Position numbers and translations under genes: made by a program
The notes under the pieces: generated by a model
Seen by the model: only the letters and a program-made list of their open reading frames with translations
Database searches by the model: none
What the model was told of the DNA's origin: nothing
NCBI GenBank assembly: GCA_902612095.1
Contig: CACMBZ010000001.1
Span: 107,772-171,771 of the forward strand
From: an uncultured Pelagibacteraceae bacterium
Lineage (GTDB): Bacteria > Pseudomonadota > Alphaproteobacteria > Pelagibacterales > AG-422-B15
Reading direction: 5' to 3'
Length of the DNA stretch: 64,000 nt
In this document: positions 57,275 through 64,000 of the stretch, piece by piece
Position numbering within the stretch: position 1 is the stretch's first letter
How the letters are laid out: every line of letters begins with the position of its first letter

Positions 57275-58443
57275 AGAGCTTTATAAAAATCCTCACCTGT
57301 AGCACTTCTAATAAAAAACTGTTTGAGATGTTTAATCTTTTCAACTAAACCCAAACCTGTTCGGGCAGTATAATTTACAAAGTTATTATTACTGGAAAAT
57401 ATATCATCGAGTAAAAATGTACCAAATGAGTATGCTGTGTTATCCACTTTTCTTTTCGTTTCAAACTCTTCCAAAACCATTTGATCATTCAGCTTATAGC
57501 CTAAAGATTTATATTTTTTAATCTGGTTTACAAACACGGCTATATCTTTAATGCTTAAATTAAGTCCTTGGCCAGCAATAGGATGTATATTGTGAGCAAT
57601 ATTACCTAGCAATACTGTATTTTGGTATACAAGATTTTTGGCATAGACGAATTGAAGCTTGTGTATTTCATTACTTGTCATCTTAATTGAAGAAACCTGT
57701 TCACTAAGGTGCTTAGTGATAATTTGCAAAAGCTCTTCATTATCTTTGTGCAATAATCTTGAATCTCTTTTTAATGACCAAACAATAGAAGCTTCATTCT
57801 TTGAATAAGGTAATAGGGCTAAAGGTCCATCGGAGGTAAATTTTTGAAAAGCACAATTTGCATTTTTAATATCGCCCTCAACATTTATAGAGATAGCACT
57901 CTTTTCTAAGTCTTTTTTAATAAAATCAATATTTATATGTTCAGCAATATTATTTTTTGTTGATGATAATATAAATAAATCAGTGTCTATTTCTTCTCCA
58001 TTATTAAGTTTAAGTTTAATTCCATCTTTTTTATTTTCAACCAAGGAGGGATAGCTTCCATGAATAATATTTATATTTTTTAACTGGCCTATCTCTTGAT
58101 CTAAGTATTTTTCTAAGTCTGTGTTTTTTACAATTTTTCCAAGATTTTGCTTTTCTCCATGATTAAACTTTATGGACTGAGACTTGTTTGCTCTCAGACT
58201 GTTTAATTCACAGTGAATAGAGTTAATTTCAGGGTGTTCCTCAAATAGCTTTATGTTTGGTAGCATGGAAGACAGATAATTTAGTGAACCTCTAGATAAG
58301 AATGTGACGAGGTTAGTATTAGATATTTCCTGCTTTTGATCTTTATCTGAAATTAGACAGACTGAAAATCCATTTCTGGCTAAAAGGCATGATGTTATTT
58401 TAGCTGAAATACCGAACCCAAATATAGTAAATTCATATTTCAT
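57271..58443 (-). CDS. UbiH/UbiL/COQ6-family FAD-dependent hydroxylase, divergent
   Basis: F...GPLALLP...SIVWS and AHNIHPIAGQGLNL; divergent from ftsK. Confidence 0.82.
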   Translation of the reverse strand: MKYEFTIFGFGISAKITSCLLARNGFSVCLISDKDQKQEISNTNLVTFLSRGSLNYLSSMLPNIKLFEEHPEINSIHCELNSLRANKSQSIKFNHGEKQNLGKIVKNTDLEKYLDQEIGQLKNINIIHGSYPSLVENKKDGIKLKLNNGEEIDTDLFILSSTKNNIAEHINIDFIKKDLEKSAISINVEGDIKNANCAFQKFTSDGPLALLPYSKNEASIVWSLKRDSRLLHKDNEELLQIITKHLSEQVSSIKMTSNEIHKLQFVYAKNLVYQNTVLLGNIAHNIHPIAGQGLNLSIKDIAVFVNQIKKYKSLGYKLNDQMVLEEFETKRKVDNTAYSFGTFLLDDIFSSNNNFVNYTARTGLGLVEKIKHLKQFFIRSATGEDFYKAL

Positions 58444-58549
58444 TTATTATTTTAATAATTTAGTCAGTTAATTGTTTAAGAAACTATATAATAACAAGAT
58501 GAATCAAATACTAATAGAATCTCAACATTTTTATTTTATTTGTTAAATA

Positions 58550-60826
58550 ATGAAGCTTTTACCTGACTCTATTAAACTTTTTTTATTCAATCGTTTACTT
58601 GAAATAAGCGGTGTTGCGTCAATATTATTAAGCGCATTTATACTCGTATCAATAGTAAGTTATTCGAGTTTTGACCCTAGTATTCTAAATTTAAACAACT
58701 ATGAAATAAAAAATGTTGGTGGATATATTGGAGCAAACATATCCGAAGTACTGATACAATTTTTTGGATATAGCAGCTTTCTCATTTGCATTGTACTGAC
58801 CAGCTGGGCGTATAAACTTTTTTTTTCTAAAAACTTAGAACTGTTTGCACTTAATTTTTTATTGTTACCAATCACAGTCTATTTACTTGCTCTTTTTTTT
58901 GAAGCGGTAAGCATACCGATATCAAATGGATTTATTGCGACCCAATCACTCGTTTTTATCAATGAAACTAACTTGCTGACTAGTGTTTATTTGAATTATT
59001 TATTCGTCACAATCATTTTTATTTTTTTTCTAACGTCATTTTACTTCACAATGGGATTAAATTTAGATGAATGGAACAAGTTTTTAAATGTTGTATCTCA
59101 ATTAATAAAAGTCTTAGTTACTTATGTTAGAAAAATAGTGAGCCTAGTTTTTGCAAATCTCTTTAAAAAGCCGGTTCAAAAAATTTCATCCGAGAGCACT
59201 TTCAATAATAAGAGTCTTGAACCTAAAATTGATTTCGAGTCATTAAAAAATGAGCCTGTTTCAACTTATGGTAATGAAATAGCAGATAAAGAAACAGTGA
59301 ATCAGCAAGACGAAATAGTCTTTGATGTAGAATCATATAAAGCGCCAGATATAAATTTTTTATCAAAACCAGAAATCAGTAAAGATAATACCGTTAATCA
59401 TGATGAACTTAAAATAAACGCTGAAAAGCTAAAAAATGTTTTGACTGATTTTAAGATTGACGGTGAAATTATTGCAGTGTCACCAGGTCCAATAGTCACC
59501 ATGTATGAACTACAACCTGCACCAGGAATTAAGGCCTCAAAAATAATTTCATTATCGGATGATATAGCAAGAAATATGAGTGCGATGTCAGCTCGTGTTG
59601 CAATCATTCCTGGCAAAAATGTCATTGGGATCGAAATACCAAATACCAATAAGAATCCTGTTTATCTAAGTGAGCTTTTTAAAAATGAACAGTTTGTAAA
59701 TAATGAAAAAAATTTAATTTTAGCTCTTGGTAAGGATATTAGTGGTAATGCTAAGTTTGCTAATTTAGAAAATATGCCTCACCTTCTAATTGCTGGGACA
59801 ACAGGTTCTGGAAAATCTGTGGGAATAAATGTAATGATTACTTCAATCCTTTACAAACATTCTCCTGAGGACTGCAAATTCATATTAATTGATCCCAAAA
59901 TGCTTGAATTATCAGTGTATGAAGGTGTGCCTCATCTAATCACTCCAGTTGTGACTGATCCAAAAAAAGCAATTGTTGCACTTAAATGGGTTGTTAGAGA
60001 AATGGAGTCTCGATACAAAAAAATGTCCTTGTTAGGTGTTAGAAATATTGAAAACTATAATCAGAGAATGGCTGAAGCTATCAAAAAGTCAGAAAAGATA
60101 GTGAGATCAATCCCATCTGGAATAAACCCAGAAACTGGCCAGCCAACAAGTACACAAATCGAAATCGAAAATAAAAAAATGCCTTTTATTGTTGTTGTTG
60201 TTGATGAAATGGCCGACTTGATGATGGTTGCGGGAAAGGAAATTGAACACGCAATTCAAAGACTATCACAAATGGCAAGGGCCGCAGGTATTCATTTAAT
60301 CATGGCTACTCAAAGACCAAGTGTTGATGTGATTACGGGAACTATTAAGGCTAATTTCCCGAGCAGAATTAGTTTTCAAGTAAGCTCGAAGTTTGACAGT
60401 CGTACCATTCTTGGTGATGAGGGAGCTGAGAGACTCTTAGGCAAAGGCGATATGTTAATGATGACTGCTGGCGGAATTACATCAAGAATACATGGTCCGT
60501 TTATATCAGATCAAGAGATCGAAAATATTGTTCGTGCACTTCAAAAACAAGGTAATCCTGAGTATGACGAGGAAATATTAAAAGAAGAAGAAATTGATAA
60601 TGATCTTGGAATGGTCTCTGAAGGTGATCACGATAATCTACTTCAGGACTCTCTGGATATTATAAAAAAAGAAGGTAAAGCATCTACGAGCCTTTTACAG
60701 AGAAAACTACAAATTGGATATAATCGTGCAGCAAGAATAATGGATCAACTTGAAGAAAGTGGATATATAAGTGCTGCAAATCATGTAGGTAAGAGGGAAA
60801 TTAATTTTGATAAATTTAATTCCTGA
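58550..60826 (+). CDS. ftsK: DNA translocase FtsK
   Basis: N-terminal TM domain; PHLLIAGTTGSGKS, VVDEMADLMM, ATQRPSVDV, LQRKLQIGYNRAAR. Confidence 0.99.
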   Translation: MKLLPDSIKLFLFNRLLEISGVASILLSAFILVSIVSYSSFDPSILNLNNYEIKNVGGYIGANISEVLIQFFGYSSFLICIVLTSWAYKLFFSKNLELFALNFLLLPITVYLLALFFEAVSIPISNGFIATQSLVFINETNLLTSVYLNYLFVTIIFIFFLTSFYFTMGLNLDEWNKFLNVVSQLIKVLVTYVRKIVSLVFANLFKKPVQKISSESTFNNKSLEPKIDFESLKNEPVSTYGNEIADKETVNQQDEIVFDVESYKAPDINFLSKPEISKDNTVNHDELKINAEKLKNVLTDFKIDGEIIAVSPGPIVTMYELQPAPGIKASKIISLSDDIARNMSAMSARVAIIPGKNVIGIEIPNTNKNPVYLSELFKNEQFVNNEKNLILALGKDISGNAKFANLENMPHLLIAGTTGSGKSVGINVMITSILYKHSPEDCKFILIDPKMLELSVYEGVPHLITPVVTDPKKAIVALKWVVREMESRYKKMSLLGVRNIENYNQRMAEAIKKSEKIVRSIPSGINPETGQPTSTQIEIENKKMPFIVVVVDEMADLMMVAGKEIEHAIQRLSQMARAAGIHLIMATQRPSVDVITGTIKANFPSRISFQVSSKFDSRTILGDEGAERLLGKGDMLMMTAGGITSRIHGPFISDQEIENIVRALQKQGNPEYDEEILKEEEIDNDLGMVSEGDHDNLLQDSLDIIKKEGKASTSLLQRKLQIGYNRAARIMDQLEESGYISAANHVGKREINFDKFNS

Positions 60827-61395
60827 TGAAGTCATTCATATTAACCATCTTCCTATTTTTTTTTGTTGTTAACAATTCTTCATCTAATCCAATTATTTCA
60901 GGAATAGAAGATAATTGGAATGAAATAAAATCAATGTCGGGTCAATTTGAACAAATTGATCAAGAGGGAAATGTTTTTAATGGACAATTTTTTTTTTTAA
61001 AGCCTTATAAATCAAAGTTCATGTATGATGGTAGAAAAGAAGATATCATCACTAATAAAAGTTTGATGGTAGTGGTGGATAAGGAAGGTTATCAAATTGA
61101 TAGTTTCCCTATTGGTGACAGTATTTTGAAAAAACTTTTATCGGAAAATATCTTAATAGAGAACGAATTCGATATCATATCGCTGACAGATAAAAATAAT
61201 TTTTATCATCTGATGCTTAAAGTCAAAGATGATAAGTCTGATAACCAAATCAAATTTGTATTTGATCGACAGTCTTTAGATCTCAAAAAATGGGAAATTT
61301 ATGATGAATTTGGCAATAAAACTGTTTTTAAGTTTACAAAAATAAAAAAAAATATATTTATAAGCCAGAATTTATTCGTGGTTAAATATAACTAG
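60826..61395 (+). CDS. lolA: Outer-membrane lipoprotein carrier LolA family protein
   Basis: Signal peptide; G.FEQ...G.F....P.K..F.Y and W.I.D..G.KT; directly after ftsK. Confidence 0.85.
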   Translation: MKSFILTIFLFFFVVNNSSSNPIISGIEDNWNEIKSMSGQFEQIDQEGNVFNGQFFFLKPYKSKFMYDGRKEDIITNKSLMVVVDKEGYQIDSFPIGDSILKKLLSENILIENEFDIISLTDKNNFYHLMLKVKDDKSDNQIKFVFDRQSLDLKKWEIYDEFGNKTVFKFTKIKKNIFISQNLFVVKYN

Positions 61396-61430
61396 ACCAC
61401 AGGCAGGTTTTATAAAATATCTCAATAGCA

Positions 61431-62789
61431 ATGACGGTTAGTTCAAACAGTGAACTCAAGCAATGGCTTGAGTCAAACAAAATATCTGAAGTAGAATGTA
61501 TTTTTCCTGACATGGCTGGATCATCAAAGGGAAAAATTCTTCCTGTTCAAAGATTTTTAAAATCCATAGAGGACCAAAGTCTCAAACTCGCTGATTCGGT
61601 TTTCGGTCAAACGGTTTCTGGTAAATGGGTCTATGAGAGCGAAGTGATTGATTATGTCGAAGAAGATTTATTTATGTCTCCTGACCTTTCAACTTTGAGA
61701 AGAATACCTTGGAACAAAGAACCAACAGCACAAATTATTTGCGATCTTAAATATGGCACCGGTGAAGCATCAGAAATCGCGCCGCGCCAGGTTTTAACTA
61801 ATATTATTGAATTATTAAAAGAAGAAAATTTAAAAGCAATTGTTGCACCTGAATTAGAGTTTTATCTATGTGAGCAAAATCTTGATCCTGATTTACCTCT
61901 AAAAACACCAGTTGGAAAATCTGGTCGAAGAGAGACTGGCAGCCGTGTCTTTGGGATAGATGCCGTCAATGAGTTTGATGCTTTAACAGACGATATTTAC
62001 GATTATTGTGAGCTAATGGAGATAGGAGTGGATACACTTGTGCATGAGTCTGGTCCATCTCAGATCGAAATAAATCTAAATCATGGTGACCCTCTAGCGC
62101 TTGCAGACCAAGCATTTATGTTTAAAAGGGCAGTCAGACAAGTTGCATTAAAGCATGGTATTCACGCAACGTTTATGGCAAAGCCGTATCAGGGTCAGCC
62201 TGGAAGTTCAATGCATATTCACCAAAATCTGGTTTCAACTAAGACAAACAAAAATCTTTTTAGTGACCAAGAAGGAAATAATTCAAAAGAATTTTTGCAA
62301 TATATAGGAGGTCTTCAGACATATTTACCTGATGCAATGCTCTTGTTTGCACCCTATGTTAATTCATACAGAAGATTTGTCATTGATGCCTCAGCTCCAA
62401 TTAATACCCACTGGGGTATCGAAAATAGAACTGTAGCTTTTAGGGTTCCAACATCATCCCCGGAATCAAGAAGAATAGAAAACAGAATACCTGGCGCAGA
62501 CACAAATCCTTACCTTGCTCTTGCTGCATCACTTGCGTGCGGGTATCTAGGCTTGAAAGAAAAATTAGAGCCAGAAAAACCCACTGCAGGGGATGCATTT
62601 GAAAGACGGCATAATATTCCGAAATATCTTCCTGATGCATTAAAACGATTAAAGGTGAGCAATGAATTGTCTGAAACGTTAGGGAAAGAATTTGTTACTC
62701 TTTTTACAGAAATTAAACAAACAGAACATGATGCTTATCAAAATGTCATCAGTGCATGGGAGAGGGAGCATTTATTGCTCAACGTTTAA
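61431..62789 (+). CDS. Glutamine synthetase family protein, gamma-glutamyl-polyamine synthetase (PuuA/PauA-like) type
   Basis: EVECIFPDMAG..KGK, APELEFYL, HESGPSQIEIN, FMAKP..GQPGSSMHIHQ, ENRIPGADTNPYL, WEREHLLLNV. Confidence 0.85.
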   Translation: MTVSSNSELKQWLESNKISEVECIFPDMAGSSKGKILPVQRFLKSIEDQSLKLADSVFGQTVSGKWVYESEVIDYVEEDLFMSPDLSTLRRIPWNKEPTAQIICDLKYGTGEASEIAPRQVLTNIIELLKEENLKAIVAPELEFYLCEQNLDPDLPLKTPVGKSGRRETGSRVFGIDAVNEFDALTDDIYDYCELMEIGVDTLVHESGPSQIEINLNHGDPLALADQAFMFKRAVRQVALKHGIHATFMAKPYQGQPGSSMHIHQNLVSTKTNKNLFSDQEGNNSKEFLQYIGGLQTYLPDAMLLFAPYVNSYRRFVIDASAPINTHWGIENRTVAFRVPTSSPESRRIENRIPGADTNPYLALAASLACGYLGLKEKLEPEKPTAGDAFERRHNIPKYLPDALKRLKVSNELSETLGKEFVTLFTEIKQTEHDAYQNVISAWEREHLLLNV

Positions 62790-62790
62790 T

Positions 62791-63450
62791 TTACAGTAGC
62801 TTTTTATTTAAAAAGTAGCCTTTGTTATCCTCAAAAACAATCAAATCTTTAAGTAAAAGATTTTTCTCAATTTTTTTTCTCAAGGAATATATGTGCGTTT
62901 CAAGAGTATGCGTATCTATATCTTCATTATAACTCCATACTTTCTTTAACAAGTTTTTTTTAGAAATATAGATATTACTGTTATCTAAAAGGCTATTAAA
63001 AATTTGAGATTCTTTTTCTGTAAATCTTAAATAAAGATTATCGTTATAGAGAGTTCTCATACTTGGGTCATAAATGAATCTATTAAAATTTAATTTTCGT
63101 GCAGCTTGTGAATCGATTTGATCTAAAATACTAGAAACTCTTTGATATAGATCTCTGAATTGTAGCGGTATGCTCAACAAAACGATTTTACTATTAAGTT
63201 CACCCATTTCTATCACATCACTATCGCAATTTATTATAAAAATCGTATCAAATTTAATTGCGTGGGATAATTCTTTCACTGCAAATTCATTATCCGTAAT
63301 TAAAATACTTTCATTATTTTTGTTTAAATCATTTTTGTCAGTAAGTTGAAATTGTAAATTGTCAAAAACATTTTTGGATTCAAATATTTCAGAAATAATT
63401 GACCTTAATTTGTCGTTTCCAAGTGTGACTGGGATTATTCTTTTTTCCAT
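62791..63450 (-). CDS. OmpR-type winged-helix regulator with a degenerate receiver domain
   Basis: C-terminal FTEKE...LLKKVWSY...THTLETHIYSLRKK; N-terminal receiver motifs eroded. Confidence 0.85.
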   Translation of the reverse strand: MEKRIIPVTLGNDKLRSIISEIFESKNVFDNLQFQLTDKNDLNKNNESILITDNEFAVKELSHAIKFDTIFIINCDSDVIEMGELNSKIVLLSIPLQFRDLYQRVSSILDQIDSQAARKLNFNRFIYDPSMRTLYNDNLYLRFTEKESQIFNSLLDNSNIYISKKNLLKKVWSYNEDIDTHTLETHIYSLRKKIEKNLLLKDLIVFEDNKGYFLNKKLL

Positions 63451-63475
63451 TATTTATTTGATTATAATATAATTT

Positions 63476-63970
63476 GTGAATTTATTAGTACAAAATAATT
63501 ATCTCTATTCTGATCTAGGTCGATTTTCTTGTGCAATAGGCCGCGCAGGTCTAACAACAAATAAAATTGAAGGTGATCATAAAACACCTGTTGGTGAATT
63601 TAAATTTAATAAAATTTATTATAGAAAAGATAGATTAGGTGACATGCTTTTCAAAATACCTTTTGCAGTAATTGAAAAAAATGACGGGTGGTGTGATGAT
63701 CCAAAAAGCAAATTATACAACCAACATATCCAATTTCCTTTTGAAGCAAGTGCTGAGAAATTATTCAGAGATGATGATCTTTATGATCTGCTCGTTGTAA
63801 TTAATCATAATACTGACCCCATTGTACCAGGTAAAGGTAGCGCAATATTTTTACATATTAGCAAACCAAATTTTGAGGGAACGGAAGGATGCGTAGCAAT
63901 AGAAAAAGAAAATATTATTGAATTAGCAAAGGAGATAGATTTAACAACAAAGCTGATTATAAAAGATTAA
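63476..63970 (+). CDS. L,D-transpeptidase (YkuD-like) family protein
   Basis: K.EGD.KTP.G, WCDDP, GSAIFLH, TEGCVA. Confidence 0.88.
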   Translation: MNLLVQNNYLYSDLGRFSCAIGRAGLTTNKIEGDHKTPVGEFKFNKIYYRKDRLGDMLFKIPFAVIEKNDGWCDDPKSKLYNQHIQFPFEASAEKLFRDDDLYDLLVVINHNTDPIVPGKGSAIFLHISKPNFEGTEGCVAIEKENIIELAKEIDLTTKLIIKD

Positions 63971-64000
63971 CTTCGTTCACCAAAAATATGGGTGCCAATT
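63967..64000 (-). CDS. yggS: 3' end of a probable YggS-family PLP-binding protein (partial)
   Basis: Reads ...IGTHIFGERS*, matching the R(I/V)GTAIFG.R C-terminus of YggS; expected neighbour; only 10 codons visible. Confidence 0.65.
   Translation of the reverse strand, partial: IGTHIFGERS

Overview
Gene-dense, AT-rich chromosomal window from a streamlined alphaproteobacterium; gene content, synteny and near-absent intergenic DNA suggest a marine SAR11/HIMB59-like lineage (inference, not a search result). The backbone is core: trmD-rimM-rpsP-ffh, dapF-mtaB-ftsY, ccmABCDEFGH, acnA, htpG, rlmN-argG, folD, hemCD, tsaD-gpsA-EVE-acs, rpe-purH, tRNA-Gly, ftsK-lolA. I see no integrase, transposase, prophage or CRISPR array. 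Accessory material sits between core genes: (i) a DUF1302 (about 990 aa, Cys-paired insertions)-DUF1329-YCF48-like-steroid-dehydrogenase-like SDR run, with two upstream palindromes, an internal terminator and no RND partner, my best candidate for an undercharacterised hydrophobic-ligand uptake/oxidation system; (ii) a 1971-aa autotransporter-like adhesin with nine Ig-like repeats and an apparently extended barrel; (iii) a lipoprotein subtilase coupled to a small Phe-terminated exported protein; (iv) an FkbM methyltransferase whose only well-placed ATG is out of frame across an A9 tract. Features missing from the ORF track but read from the sequence: trmD, ccmD, DUF1674, tRNA-Gly(GCC), the ffh leader RNA, an RpoH-type promoter at htpG and the 3' end of yggS. 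All family assignments are by motif recognition; no searches were run.
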